Virus record (IMG/VR): IMGVR_UViG_3300038345_000076
Location: 1 to 64,000 of that record
DNA: 64,000 bases
Reading direction: 5' to 3' (one strand)
Origin: a virus
Lineage: Duplodnaviria; Caudoviricetes
Shown here piece after piece: positions 1 through 9,973 of this stretch. The notes beneath the pieces were generated by a model, which was not told the DNA's origin, made no database searches, and saw only the letters and a program-made list of their open reading frames with translations. Position 1 is the first letter of the stretch, and each line of letters opens with the position of its first letter. The position numbers and the translations under genes are program-made.

Positions 1-633
1 CAAAAGACCTTGCGAACCCTCAAAGATGTAGCAGTCATAGCCAACTGGAGGCAGATATGTGATTACTGCAAACTTATTTAGCCATACAACGGCTTCGATA
101 AACTTCTTATCCAAATCTTCATTCATGTCAGTCTCGTAATAAGAGCGTACCATGTTTAAAGATTCTACAGGGTCTGTATTGGCTACAAGATAGGTAAGTT
201 TTCTACCTTTTTTCCCGCGCAGGAACGTATGATAGATACCTTCACCACATGAGCCATGAGAAAGAACTTTCTTATCTGCCTGATTTGCTGCAACGTCATA
301 GTGAGTAATGATACTCAAATTGGGGTGTAAGTATAGTTTCGGTGTGATACCCTGCTTCTGCAACTGCTCAAACTCGATCTTTGTCGAAATTGGGTCAATC
401 ATCACATTCTCATTGAGAAATGTCGGAACGCCAAGCAAAGTACCGCCACCAAAGGAACTGCATACATGTTCGATGCCATTGCAGATGATACGGTGTCCTG
501 CTTGTGAACCGCCAGAGTATCGGATAACCAAAGGCTTTTCTCCACGTCCAATGGACTCTTTGCAGAGCCATTGAACCGTAGAGCCTTTGCCTTCGTCGCC
601 GAAGAATGTACCAAGAACTACTTGCGTCTTCAT
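1..633 (-). CDS. purA: Adenylosuccinate synthetase-like protein (PurA family, divergent); runs off the window edge
   Basis: Not in the ORF track. Manual translation: MKTQVVLGTFFGDEGKG...RYSGGSQAGH...HGSCGEGI...IFEGSQGLL, giving the PurA GDEGKG, AGH and FEGxQG motifs. Its ATG overlaps the vWA stop (TGATG). Confidence 0.85.
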   Translation of the reverse strand, partial: MKTQVVLGTFFGDEGKGSTVQWLCKESIGRGEKPLVIRYSGGSQAGHRIICNGIEHVCSSFGGGTLLGVPTFLNENVMIDPISTKIEFEQLQKQGITPKLYLHPNLSIITHYDVAANQADKKVLSHGSCGEGIYHTFLRGKKGRKLTYLVANTDPVESLNMVRSYYETDMNEDLDKKFIEAVVWLNKFAVITYLPPVGYDCYIFEGSQGLL

Positions 634-1529
634 CACAGAGTTATCTTTTGTTCTGGTTTTACTTCACCAACGTTGTTCGCATTGTCGTTAGACTGGCTAA
701 CGGTGTTTGAACTTTCGTTATAGACATTGCAGATAATGGACGAAACGACAGGAACAAGGTTGTAGTTCTTTCGAGGAAGAACAACCAAGCGGTCATTGCC
801 AATCAGCCCGCGCCACTTATTGATAGTGGAACTGTAGATAGGCAGGTCGCCCATGTGAATGTGATAGAGTTCCCACTGCTCACTTGCCTCTTCAATGAGG
901 GTAGAAGACAGTATGCCAGACTGAGTACCATCACCGAACAAACCGACGATGTTGCTCTGAGGTATCTCTGCCAGACACGGCTCGTCACCAATGGTAATCA
1001 GCACACCTTTCTTGTGGCGTTTCTCCCATGAGTCGGTAACGGTGTGTCGGCTTGCAAAATACCATGCGAGGTTGTAACTCTCACCTGGGTTATTACCGCC
1101 ACCACCTTCGAGATAGACCTTCTGAAACCACTTCTCCATAAGTTCGTCGCTGCTCTCAAACTGTCCGCACTGGATAGGTGCATTGTCAAAGTAGCAGTCG
1201 CCGACACCAATGAAGCAGACTTGCGGATCGGGAATACCAGCGTCAATGATGGACTTCATAATCTCAGGGAACGAGCCTTTTATCAAGTCCATCGGGATAT
1301 GTCCCATGCTGCCAGTGGTGTCAAGCGCGATAATGATTGGGAACGAATTGGGGTGTTCCTCTGAGTCGCGGCTTTCACGTACTTTGCCCTTGATTATCAT
1401 TTCATCGTCGATGCTCTTTTTCGTAAACGCCTGTTCCATGGCCGCAGATTCCGTCAAAACGGAATAAGCAGCCATTCTTTCGGTGCTACGGTCATGAGCG
1501 GACATGTAAGAATAACTACCTCCACCCAT
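633..1529 (-). CDS. von Willebrand factor A (vWA) domain protein
   Basis: MIDAS-like IIIALDTTGSMG, EGGGGN-PGESY and ITIGDE motifs. Confidence 0.85.
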   Translation of the reverse strand: MGGGSYSYMSAHDRSTERMAAYSVLTESAAMEQAFTKKSIDDEMIIKGKVRESRDSEEHPNSFPIIIALDTTGSMGHIPMDLIKGSFPEIMKSIIDAGIPDPQVCFIGVGDCYFDNAPIQCGQFESSDELMEKWFQKVYLEGGGGNNPGESYNLAWYFASRHTVTDSWEKRHKKGVLITIGDEPCLAEIPQSNIVGLFGDGTQSGILSSTLIEEASEQWELYHIHMGDLPIYSSTINKWRGLIGNDRLVVLPRKNYNLVPVVSSIICNVYNESSNTVSQSNDNANNVGEVKPEQKITL

Positions 1530-1532
1530 GAC

Positions 1533-1940
1533 TTAGCCCTCCTTCTTGATGTTGGACTTCCATTCAGGCATGAGGTATGGCTTCACCTTATTCATGTCTG
1601 GGTATTTACCAAACAAGGTCTCGTAGTCGTTGACAAGAATGCCAAGGCGTACAGACTGCTCACGACGTGCAATAAGCGTATTGACACGGTTGTTCATCAG
1701 TTTGTCAGCATCGAACTGACTTGGACTGATACCCTGTCCTGCATTGGTAGGTAAGATGTCGAGGATGGCATCTTCGAGGTCACGGTCACACTGACGTACT
1801 TTCGCACAGACATCTTCAATCTGGCGGCGATACTTCAACTCAGAATCTTCGAGCATTGCATCAATGCGCGAATCCTTGATCTGCTTAAAGGTCTGTTTAA
1901 GGGTAGAACCTAAGATACCCGTTGTATTTTTTTCGTCCAT
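1533..1940 (-). CDS. Hypothetical protein
   Basis: 135-aa ORF tightly packed in the leftward operon. Confidence 0.7.
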   Translation of the reverse strand: MDEKNTTGILGSTLKQTFKQIKDSRIDAMLEDSELKYRRQIEDVCAKVRQCDRDLEDAILDILPTNAGQGISPSQFDADKLMNNRVNTLIARREQSVRLGILVNDYETLFGKYPDMNKVKPYLMPEWKSNIKKEG

Positions 1941-1988
1941 AACTGAAGTTATTAAGTAACTATTAAGTAATTATTAAGTTCTGAAGGG

Positions 1989-2408
1989 TTATTCTTCATC
2001 CTCTTCTTCGTCTTCGGATTCCAGAAGTTTCTCCAGTTCCTTGATGGACTTCTTCTCCAGTGCTTCGTCCTGCTTGCGGGCGATAATCTCCAGAAGTTTC
2101 TTGTTGTTTGCCTTCGCCTCGGCTTTCTTCTGAGCCTTTTCTTCGGCAGACTTCTTCGTGAGATAGATGTCTTTGAGGATTTCAAAGCGCAGTTCATCGT
2201 CGGTTGCCTTAGTCTTTGCGGGGGAGTCCAGGAACGAAAGTTCGCTGTCATTGACCTCGCCAGAAGACTTCTTGGCGTCTTCACGGGCTTTGATTACCAA
2301 CTGACGGATTTCCTCTTTCGGTAAATCCCAGAGTTGTTCGACTGGTAAAGAACCACGATTTGTGGAGAAACGGAGTTTCTTTTTGCTTGCTTTCTTGTAA
2401 ATTTCCAT
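1989..2408 (-). CDS. Phage coiled-coil hypothetical protein
   Basis: 139 aa, LRFxTxRGxLxVEQLWDLP N-terminus, A-rich translation initiation region. Confidence 0.7.
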   Translation of the reverse strand: MEIYKKASKKKLRFSTNRGSLPVEQLWDLPKEEIRQLVIKAREDAKKSSGEVNDSELSFLDSPAKTKATDDELRFEILKDIYLTKKSAEEKAQKKAEAKANNKKLLEIIARKQDEALEKKSIKELEKLLESEDEEEDEE

Positions 2409-2434
2409 AATTTGAAAGTTTTGAACGTTAATAA

Positions 2435-2599
2435 CTATTCATCTTCTATTACTATTAAATTTCTTCTTTTTGCTTCTTCGAGAATCGAATCATCCGATGC
2501 GTATTCAAGATTATCTTCGATAAAACTTTTCTGTTCATCCTTCCGTAAATCATTGAACGCATCTTCTACATCAACTTCTACACTTGCTTTGTATTCCAT
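2435..2599 (-). CDS. Small acidic hypothetical protein
   Basis: Manual translation MEYKASVEVDVEDAFNDL..., 54 aa, fills the operon gap. Confidence 0.5.
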   Translation of the reverse strand: MEYKASVEVDVEDAFNDLRKDEQKSFIEDNLEYASDDSILEEAKRRNLIVIEDE

Positions 2600-2612
2600 A
2601 ATTCTTAAAGTT

Positions 2613-3272
2613 TTAATTACCAGAGTTTACTTCTATCAAATGTTCGAGAGTGAGGTTTCGCACGTCTTCGCCAAACTTCTCATTCAGTGAGTCGTAGTTG
2701 TCTGCACACTTCTTGATAATGTCCTTTACTACGGGGTAACGTACCATTGCAAACAAGATTTGTGCTGCAATCATCGTAGGATCACCGCCAATGGTGAAAC
2801 AATTTCCTTCGTCACCAACAAACAGGAAACTTGCTTCTTTGCCTTGTAACTGCTCAAGGAGTTTCTGAGCCATGCGTTGAATCTTCTTGATTTCTGTCTT
2901 TTCCATATCAGACTTTTGTTCAAGTTCATCTTCCAACATGAGACCACCATTCAGGACATGTTCAATAGAACCATCACTAAGAGTTTGGAGTTGTTCAAAC
3001 GTCGGGCGTACCCAGTTGTGAACCTCAAAAGCCATAACGTTTGCAATCTGTTCTGTTACGGTCTGGTCGTGCATCATCGTTCCATGATCGCAATGACGAC
3101 ATTTGATAGTGAATGGTGTCACACCCTTATCTTTGTATCTGGTGTAAAACTGCTTACCGCATTTCTTGCAGACATACACATCAACGCCTTTGTTACGACC
3201 ATCAAAAATCTTTGCTGTTTCGATGCGAGAAACAAGTTCGTCATACTGTTGTTTAAGTTCTTCCTTATTCAT
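2613..3272 (-). CDS. Hypothetical protein with Zn-ribbon (two CxxC)
   Basis: CKKC and CRHC motifs. Confidence 0.65.
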   Translation of the reverse strand: MNKEELKQQYDELVSRIETAKIFDGRNKGVDVYVCKKCGKQFYTRYKDKGVTPFTIKCRHCDHGTMMHDQTVTEQIANVMAFEVHNWVRPTFEQLQTLSDGSIEHVLNGGLMLEDELEQKSDMEKTEIKKIQRMAQKLLEQLQGKEASFLFVGDEGNCFTIGGDPTMIAAQILFAMVRYPVVKDIIKKCADNYDSLNEKFGEDVRNLTLEHLIEVNSGN

Positions 3273-3747
3273 TTTCTTTCTTGTTTAAGTGTTCCATAAC
3301 TTTGTTTACTATCTCACCAATAACGTCAGAGTTTTCTTCCTTCGTCCATTCTATTGCGACTTGATAGGTTAGGTTGTATTCAGGGCGTAGCTCCATAGCA
3401 GAAACTTCGTGATGCGCAAGTTTGCCCTCAGTAGGCTTCAGACCATTCTCATGCAATTCACACTTTCCATCGTGGTAACAGATACAGCAACCGTCAACTT
3501 TACTGCCAGTGCTCTTCAACTGAACCATCGGAATAGGCTGTCTCGTATGTCCTAATGCCATCCCTGCAGCCCACTCAGTATAGCAAACTTTGTCTATGTA
3601 ACCTGCTTCGATCAGAGCAAGAATATCATGCGGAGTACCCAAGCATGGAGTACGTTGGCACATCTGCTTGCACTTCTCGCAGTTGCAGGATATAGGCTGT
3701 TTGCCAACCTGCTTTGCTATGCGGTTGAAAACTTCTTTCCTTGTCAT
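3265..3747 (-). CDS. Cys-rich YkgJ-like metal-cluster protein
   Basis: CNCEKCKQMC...C...CCIC...GKCELH...KPTEG. Confidence 0.55.
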   Translation of the reverse strand: MTRKEVFNRIAKQVGKQPISCNCEKCKQMCQRTPCLGTPHDILALIEAGYIDKVCYTEWAAGMALGHTRQPIPMVQLKSTGSKVDGCCICYHDGKCELHENGLKPTEGKLAHHEVSAMELRPEYNLTYQVAIEWTKEENSDVIGEIVNKVMEHLNKKENE

Positions 3748-3750
3748 ATT

Positions 3751-3936
3751 CTATCCAAGCCTTAAATCAGATGGATTTGTTGCTTTGGAATTTACGTCGC
3801 TACCGTATCTTACGAAAGCATATCTATCATTCACGCTGGTAATCACACCATATTCGTGAAGTTTAGAATCACAGCCCTCAAAAGGTATATAGGTAACATT
3901 CCTACCAACATTTTCTTTACATTCTTGTATTGTCAT
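3751..3936 (-). CDS. Small hypothetical protein
   Basis: 61-aa ORF in operon. Confidence 0.55.
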   Translation of the reverse strand: MTIQECKENVGRNVTYIPFEGCDSKLHEYGVITSVNDRYAFVRYGSDVNSKATNPSDLRLG

Positions 3937-4145
3937 AATTGTACGAAATTAAATGGTGTCTATGAGATTGGTTACTCATACGAGACTGTTTTTGCTGTGA
4001 GACAAGTACAAATTTGCTCCTGTAGCCGCCCATTGCAGTAGTTGCAGACCTACATCATACGATGCACTTCATAGTTATCTACGCCTTTTATCCTCAGTGG
4101 GCTGTTCATGCTTGCGTCTTATTCCGCCAAGACACCATTATTATT

Positions 4146-6260
4146 TTAGAATTGAACTTTGATGATACGCTTATGAGAGCCTTGCAGACGCAGCACAACC
4201 TCGTCGCGGACGGTGGCATTGAATCCAAGACCAGAGAGTTGTCCGTCTGTTGACTCAACCTTCAGTGTTGCACCAAGAACTTCCATCACCTTACGGTGCT
4301 CAAGAAGTTCGGGAATCAGAAACTCGTTGTGGAAACCACGAATAGCCTCTGGTGCCTTTGCACCGTCGAGCATGAAGAAGTAGTGCTTGTTACCTACACA
4401 GCCATCCCAATGATTCGGTGAAAGGCAGACCAAGTTCACTTTGTGGAACATATTGGTTTCAAGTCCGTAGATTTCCGCAGATGTTGCATTGCTGTCAACC
4501 AGATACTTCGACTGGTCAACATGGTCGATCATGCCATTCTTGATGTGAACGGTGGCAATGTCAACATTACGCATGATCTCATGGTCAACAACGTATGTGA
4601 ACACTTCGTCGCCGAAAGCAATTTCAGCCTTTGCGCCACTGTTATGCTTACTGTTGAAGTTCACGATGAAGAAGCGGTACTTACCATCTTTGATACGCTC
4701 TGGTTCATCCCAGAAGATGTTTTCAACACCGACATTGACAGGATCAATCATATCAACATCAAGCATACCACCGCAAACAGGAGTCTTGTAACCTTTGTAA
4801 GAACCATAATATATCTCAGTACCAGTCGGCTCTATTGCGTGAGCATCGAGGTCAACGATTGAACGTCCGTCCTCGTTCCACATGATAGAGAAACGGAAAG
4901 GTGCATTGACAAACCCACCTGCTGCTTTCACAGCTTCCTTAATCTCTGATTTACCAGCCAGATTGCCGTTGTAAGTCCAGCCAAAGTTGTTGCCCCATTT
5001 GAAGATAGGCTTGCTGTCCTTGTTGACGGGAGTTGTCAGAGTGACAAAGTTGTTTTTGTGAGAGTTCAGGAGGAACACCTCCACCGATGTGCAACCAGGC
5101 AGGATATCCTTCATAAACTTGTCAATGGTGACAACCTCTACACCATCAAACTCGCTACGCTTGTGACGTGTAGAAGTCGGCTTGATACCATCCAAAACTG
5201 ATACTGGCTTGATGTTGCCATCACCTACGTTGGCATGGAGAATGTCAGATACCTTGATGTCTTCCATCGTAGCGCAGCGACGGTTGAAAGAATCCTCGTA
5301 GCCGTTTTCAGCGAGGAAAGCCTTTGCGTTGTCAATCATTTGCTGAGTAATAGGTGCAGTGGCTTTCATGTAGTTTGCAGGATCGACACGCTTGTTCCAG
5401 TCCAGGCAGGCGGCATTAAGTTCTTTGCCCTCTGACAACTCTACGCAAAGAGTACCAATAAGCTCGTTCCTGAAACGTGCAAGATTGTACTTGTACGACT
5501 TAACCCAGCACCAGTTATCCTTCTCTGCTGCTGAAAGAGAGTTGTATTGTCTGGAGAGATTCAGGAACTCCACAACCTTATATTTATGAGTGTCGCCATT
5601 CAGCAGAGAACCTTGGTCTATCAGGTCGATAACCAGTTGCAGGGTGTCTGCTGGAATCTCGTCGAGCGCACGTTTAAACACGTTCTTGTCTTCACGCAAA
5701 CGAGCCTGAATAGCATCGACCGTATCATTTCCGAAGTGAATAAACTCACGCGGAACACTTACGCAGAAGTGGACAAAAGTACGGGTCTCGTTAGGTTTGA
5801 CAACACCGAACTTCTCTGCCTCTTCCTTCGTGTAGCGTTTCACGGTGTGGTCGAGATTGAGAGCATACATCGAATCATTCTTGCTACAGCGGGCATACAC
5901 CGCATTATAGAGATAGTCGAAAGTCTCTACAAAGACATTCTCAACAGGTGCAGCAATAAGCAGATTTCTCATGTTGGCGAAAGACTGACGGTATTCGTCA
6001 TTGACTTCACCGTCAAACATCGTCATAATAGTGTTGTCTTCTGCAATGGCTACGATGTTGCCGTAACGGTGGAAGAAGTGCTTACACTGGTTACAGTTAT
6101 GCACCGATGATTCAGGGTCACGGAAGATGGGGTCTTCACCGAAACCTCTCATGTAGGCTTCCCAGAGTTGGTCGCCTGTAACTTTACTACGGAAGAGTTT
6201 GCCAGTGGCACACATCTTCAAAAACTGCTCTTGCAGCATCTTTGATTCTAATTGTTCCAT
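4146..6260 (-). CDS. Large phage protein with YfaP/DUF2135-like C-terminal region
   Basis: 704 aa; DLDAHAIEP...GMLDVD...VENIFW motif. Confidence 0.65.
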   Translation of the reverse strand: MEQLESKMLQEQFLKMCATGKLFRSKVTGDQLWEAYMRGFGEDPIFRDPESSVHNCNQCKHFFHRYGNIVAIAEDNTIMTMFDGEVNDEYRQSFANMRNLLIAAPVENVFVETFDYLYNAVYARCSKNDSMYALNLDHTVKRYTKEEAEKFGVVKPNETRTFVHFCVSVPREFIHFGNDTVDAIQARLREDKNVFKRALDEIPADTLQLVIDLIDQGSLLNGDTHKYKVVEFLNLSRQYNSLSAAEKDNWCWVKSYKYNLARFRNELIGTLCVELSEGKELNAACLDWNKRVDPANYMKATAPITQQMIDNAKAFLAENGYEDSFNRRCATMEDIKVSDILHANVGDGNIKPVSVLDGIKPTSTRHKRSEFDGVEVVTIDKFMKDILPGCTSVEVFLLNSHKNNFVTLTTPVNKDSKPIFKWGNNFGWTYNGNLAGKSEIKEAVKAAGGFVNAPFRFSIMWNEDGRSIVDLDAHAIEPTGTEIYYGSYKGYKTPVCGGMLDVDMIDPVNVGVENIFWDEPERIKDGKYRFFIVNFNSKHNSGAKAEIAFGDEVFTYVVDHEIMRNVDIATVHIKNGMIDHVDQSKYLVDSNATSAEIYGLETNMFHKVNLVCLSPNHWDGCVGNKHYFFMLDGAKAPEAIRGFHNEFLIPELLEHRKVMEVLGATLKVESTDGQLSGLGFNATVRDEVVLRLQGSHKRIIKVQF

Positions 6261-6301
6261 GTCTCAACTTTTTTTATTTTACTCTATTGTCTGGTTAGTG
6301 T

Positions 6302-6706
6302 CTAACATTTCTTTATCGCTTTTTCAATTTCTATTCTTGTCTGTCTCGGAGAAAGATTAAAGACAAGTACAAAATCCTTTACAAAGTCTCTGCCATTACG
6401 GGTGTAGATAAACTTACTGATATTCGTCTTGTTCTTGATATGATCAACCTCAACCACAACGATTTTTGTTGCCGCCACCCTTGCATCTGGATGGGCGAAA
6501 TGTCCTCTGAGACTATTGCAGACCACATTTCTGACTTCTTCAGCCGTTGTATCTACGACCTCAGTGGTCTGAACGTCTTTACCACGGCTGCATCTAATGA
6601 TGAACGACTTTTCGTATGTAGGCTTGATTCTCATATTTAATAAAAGTGAGGGCAAAGGAATCAGCAGCCTATTGTGGAACTCTGCTACTTCTTCCAATGT
6701 CCTCAA
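6302..6706 (-). CDS. Hypothetical protein
   Basis: ORF downstream of a leftward promoter; start uncertain. Confidence 0.45.
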   Translation of the reverse strand: MRTLEEVAEFHNRLLIPLPSLLLNMRIKPTYEKSFIIRCSRGKDVQTTEVVDTTAEEVRNVVCNSLRGHFAHPDARVAATKIVVVEVDHIKNKTNISKFIYTRNGRDFVKDFVLVFNLSPRQTRIEIEKAIKKC

Positions 6707-6757
6707 TATTTCTTATTACCTGCCATTGAGCTCCACCTAAATGGCGTTTAACTGGTG

Positions 6758-6765
6758 CAAATGTA
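6758..6765 (-). promoter_or_regulatory. Bacteroidetes -7 promoter element for the leftward operon
   Basis: TACATTTG matches the TAnnTTTG consensus. Confidence 0.5.
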
Positions 6766-6819
6766 GAAAGGAATTTTGGAACCTCAATAACTTGTTAATT
6801 GTACGTATTTCTTATTTGT

Positions 6820-7070
6820 ATGGTCATATTCTGTATTTTTGTGTCATATATTGACCTATATGACCATTTTTGGCATAAATCTCAGGATGCAAGTTTAACG
6901 TTTTTATCTTTAGTTTGAAAACGGATGTTATAATGTGACAGATTTTAGGTTTTATTTTCAAGCTAAAGTTAAAAACGCAGGGTTAAAGTTAAAGTTTAAA
7001 TCGCAAATATACCTTGTTGTACGTGTCATGTGGTCATATATATTGACCTATATTGACCTATATGACCAAA
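6820..7070. repeat. Clustered TGACCTATA / GGTCATAT / GTGTCAT repeats
   Basis: gtgtcatatattgacctatatgacc (6841) and gtgtcatgtggtcatatatattgacctatattgacctatatgacc (7023). Confidence 0.6.
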
Positions 7071-7598
7071 TAATCAATATTTTTTACATTTAACACTTCT
7101 GTGTTCGCTTTTGGAGGTTTTGATTTTTATACATATCTTTGCAGCGCAATCGTCGGGGAGCGATGCGATCCAGATATGAGTATCAAGGCTTCGGCACATG
7201 ATATTAGAGACCCTGCAAAAGACTTCCCGCTTTTGCGGGGTTTCGCTTTTATAGCGTTGGTGATTTTTGTTCCATCAGTTGCCACAAATAAGCCGCAAAA
7301 TCCGACAAAAAGCACCTTTTTGAGTAACAGAACGCTAATCCTGCTCTGTCGCGCCCTGACAACAGGTCACACCGAAGCCCTCACAAGGGTCAATATAAAG
7401 CGAAAGGTTAAGACTGTAATTGGAGAACCCTATCTGTTGCTTGGGTCTGAATCCGATATAAAGGACAATGACACAAACCTCCCCTACAACCCCTGTTTCG
7501 GAGGTAAAGGGCGAACTATAAACATAATGATTATGAAAAAGAATATGAGTGGTGTCGAATGGTATAGATTTGTTTGTAACCAAAGCCGATGTTAGCGT

Positions 7599-7850
7599 AT
7601 GAAATGCCACTACGAGAATATAAAAGGTGTAGGCAAAGTGCTGATACCGGGCTGCATGGCTGTTGCAGTATCTCAGGACATCCAAGATTGCACCTGCCAT
7701 CCTACAACGATACGACAGTTTGAAACTTCCAAGTACAAAGAACACGTTGAGGAACTGAAGAAGCGGATTCGTGAACTTGAAGATGAAAACGACTTCTATG
7801 CAAAGGTTCTGGCAGACAACGAGATTAAGAATCCATATAGGAAAGGGTAG
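7599..7850 (+). CDS. Hypothetical protein
   Basis: 83 aa, followed by a hairpin. Confidence 0.6.
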   Translation: MKCHYENIKGVGKVLIPGCMAVAVSQDIQDCTCHPTTIRQFETSKYKEHVEELKKRIRELEDENDFYAKVLADNEIKNPYRKG

Positions 7851-7869
7851 GATTTGGTTCCTACCCTTT
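7841..7869. terminator. Hairpin between convergent genes
   Basis: AAAGGGTAGGA-ttggt-TCCTACCCTTT-type inverted repeat. Confidence 0.6.
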
Positions 7870-7872
7870 GTC

Positions 7873-9045
7873 TTATCTGATGTGCTTCTTTATCTCTTCG
7901 GCAATCGTATCATCGAGTAATCGCGCATACGCCTGTTCCGTCTGCCTGATGCTCGAATGACCGAGAATCCTGCTAACGACACTGATAGGTACGCCTGCAT
8001 TAAGAAGTATATAGGCACACGAGCGACGGCCATCGTGACTTGTCATTTGCTTGTCAATCCCCGCTGCATCTGCTACAAGTTTCAGTTTGACGTTGTACTT
8101 TTGGTTTGGTAGTTTCGGGAGGTGGTACTCATATTTCTCCAAAATTGCCTTTGCCTTTGGTGTAAGGACGAAAGTGAACAGTACTCCAGTCTTTGAACGG
8201 TAGCCGCTGAATACAGAATAGTTATTGGCGTTAGTACACTGAGTGAAGTCGTAAGCCATAAGGTCAACGTATGACAGCCCCGTGAACACTTGGATCAGAA
8301 ACAAATCTCTTGCCTCAGACAGACTTTTTGTGGGCATTCCAGCATTTTCAATCTTCTCAATCTCTTTTTTTGTGAGAAACTTGTCTATCCTGGTGCTGCC
8401 TTTGTCGATCTTGATACGCTTGGTAGAGTAGGGGTTATCCTTAACATACCCGTCAACCATGGCATCGTTGATAAATACTTTGAGGTTCTTGTGCATTGAT
8501 CCGATGCTTGCCTGAGAATACTTTCGTGTTACCTTCTTTCCAAAGCGGTCTTTTTCTTCCCATGTGACAGTATGCAGGTATTCGTCCCATTTTCTGATGT
8601 TTGATTCAGTAATGTCTCTGAAGTATTGCATCTTTCCCCATTCCGTAAAACGGGATAAGAACACATGATAGGCTTTCTTGGTATAGTCAGACACCTGTTT
8701 TGCCTTCATTCTCTTGTGGATATAGTCTTCAAACGTGATATCCGTGTCTTTCTGCTTAATAAGTGATGGTATTGCGTTGAGGTCAATGTTCTCTGCATCT
8801 ACCATTTCTCCGATGATTTTAAGCGCACGTTTTCTTATCTTCATAAGCATGGCATTGTCTTCCTGTGAGCTGAGTGACTTGATGCTTTCGTGTGCATCGT
8901 ACCACTCTCCAGGAAAGCACTTAACGCCAGTAGTGATGAACTTCTGCTTACGGTTGAAAGTAATGCGCAGTTCAATGACACCCTTTTTTATATTGGATGC
9001 CAGGTGCTTGCGGTCAAATACAAATTTTATCTGAGGTATAATCAT
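7873..9045 (-). CDS. int: Phage integrase (Bacteroidetes-type tyrosine recombinase with arm-binding domain)
   Basis: N-terminal IELRITFNRKQKFITTG arm domain; FTGLSYVDL, HDGRR, LGHSS and catalytic Tyr (QAYA). Confidence 0.93.
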   Translation of the reverse strand: MIIPQIKFVFDRKHLASNIKKGVIELRITFNRKQKFITTGVKCFPGEWYDAHESIKSLSSQEDNAMLMKIRKRALKIIGEMVDAENIDLNAIPSLIKQKDTDITFEDYIHKRMKAKQVSDYTKKAYHVFLSRFTEWGKMQYFRDITESNIRKWDEYLHTVTWEEKDRFGKKVTRKYSQASIGSMHKNLKVFINDAMVDGYVKDNPYSTKRIKIDKGSTRIDKFLTKKEIEKIENAGMPTKSLSEARDLFLIQVFTGLSYVDLMAYDFTQCTNANNYSVFSGYRSKTGVLFTFVLTPKAKAILEKYEYHLPKLPNQKYNVKLKLVADAAGIDKQMTSHDGRRSCAYILLNAGVPISVVSRILGHSSIRQTEQAYARLLDDTIAEEIKKHIR

Positions 9046-9067
9046 TTCTTTATCTTTTAAATTGTTA

Positions 9068-9417
9068 GTATTACATTTTTAAATCTCTACTATTCAATAA
9101 GTTACGATTTTGTATATACTTTCTATATCATATTTGGTATTACTTTTAAATTGTTTGGTATTACATTGGGTATTACATTTTGTGTCATATAGGCAAATAA
9201 CTTGGTCGTATTGGTCAATATTTCACAAATGCTCAGAGAGTTTAAATTCCCTTATTTATTTGAATATCAGTGATTTATGTTGTAACATACTGAAAGTCAG
9301 ATAACTAAAAAAGGGGCTTTGTAGCCCCTTTAGGTAGTCGATAGGGGAATTTGTTATATAGTTCATTATCAAATATTTACAATTCACAAAACGTAATTGG
9401 TATTACAATGGTATTAT
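9068..9417. other. Putative attP: tRNA 3'-end core plus arm-type repeats
   Basis: Core 9334-9351 reads AATTCCCCTATCGACTAC on the minus strand (tRNA T-arm/acceptor 3' half). It is followed by a terminator (9307-9331). (G)GTATTAY direct repeats lie at 9068, 9136, 9157, 9169, 9399 and 9410. Confidence 0.7.
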
Positions 9418-9428
9418 AGTTTGTCTCA

Positions 9429-9899
9429 TCACACGTTTTTGAATATAATATTAGTAATATTATTGAACCGCTCCTGTCCGTTGCGGATCATCTGGTCATT
9501 CTGACGAATGAGCATTTGGTACATGGCGGTCTGTTCGCTATGCAATGACATGAGTTGTTTAACGAGTTCTATCAACTCTTCTCTGGTAAGCATAGAAAGT
9601 GTTTCTTCTGAAACGTGTTTTTCTGTCATTGTGTCAGAAGTTCTATTATTCAGCATTTCTCCAGAACCCTCCCATATCCAATCAGGAGAGATAATCCCGC
9701 CAAATATCATACAGAAAGACTTGATGAACTTGTACGTGAGGTATCTTTCTTCCCCTCTTAGTGCTGAACGCACATTATTTGGGTGTCTATCCACCTTTTC
9801 GGAAATCTCCTTAACAATGTCTGTGCCGTCAATCATCTTGTTGTTGACGAGATAACTGATGGCTTTCTCCAATCTTTGTGGTCTGTTTTCTTTATCCAT
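9429..9899 (-). CDS. CI-like HTH repressor
   Basis: N-terminal HTH (EISEKVDRHPNNVRSALRG) and SPDWIWEGSGEM; divergent from the lytic operon and next to int. Confidence 0.7.
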   Translation of the reverse strand: MDKENRPQRLEKAISYLVNNKMIDGTDIVKEISEKVDRHPNNVRSALRGEERYLTYKFIKSFCMIFGGIISPDWIWEGSGEMLNNRTSDTMTEKHVSEETLSMLTREELIELVKQLMSLHSEQTAMYQMLIRQNDQMIRNGQERFNNITNIIFKNV

Positions 9900-9965
9900 A
9901 GGTGCAAAAGTGTTAAATTATTGTTAAATACTTCATTTTAGAATGATATTACTTTAAAATACTTT

Positions 9966-9973
9966 ATCTTTGC
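9966..9973 (+). promoter_or_regulatory. -7 element of the rightward (lytic) promoter
   Basis: TATCTTTG(CA). Confidence 0.6.

Noticed and set aside
1-633. PurZ / 2-aminoadenine (Z) genome
   Set aside because: The catalytic loop is GDEGKG (PurA-type Asp), not the GSTGKG of PurZ, and no datZ/mazZ-like genes were recognised in the window.
6925-6940. Additional recombination site
   Set aside because: Only the right arm TAATGTGACA is present; the left arm does not match.
7101-7595. 164-aa plus-strand ORF and the many antisense shadow ORFs in the track
   Set aside because: It has no recognisable motifs and spans a promoter-like element and hairpins. The other ORFs overlap well-supported genes on the opposite strand or in another frame.
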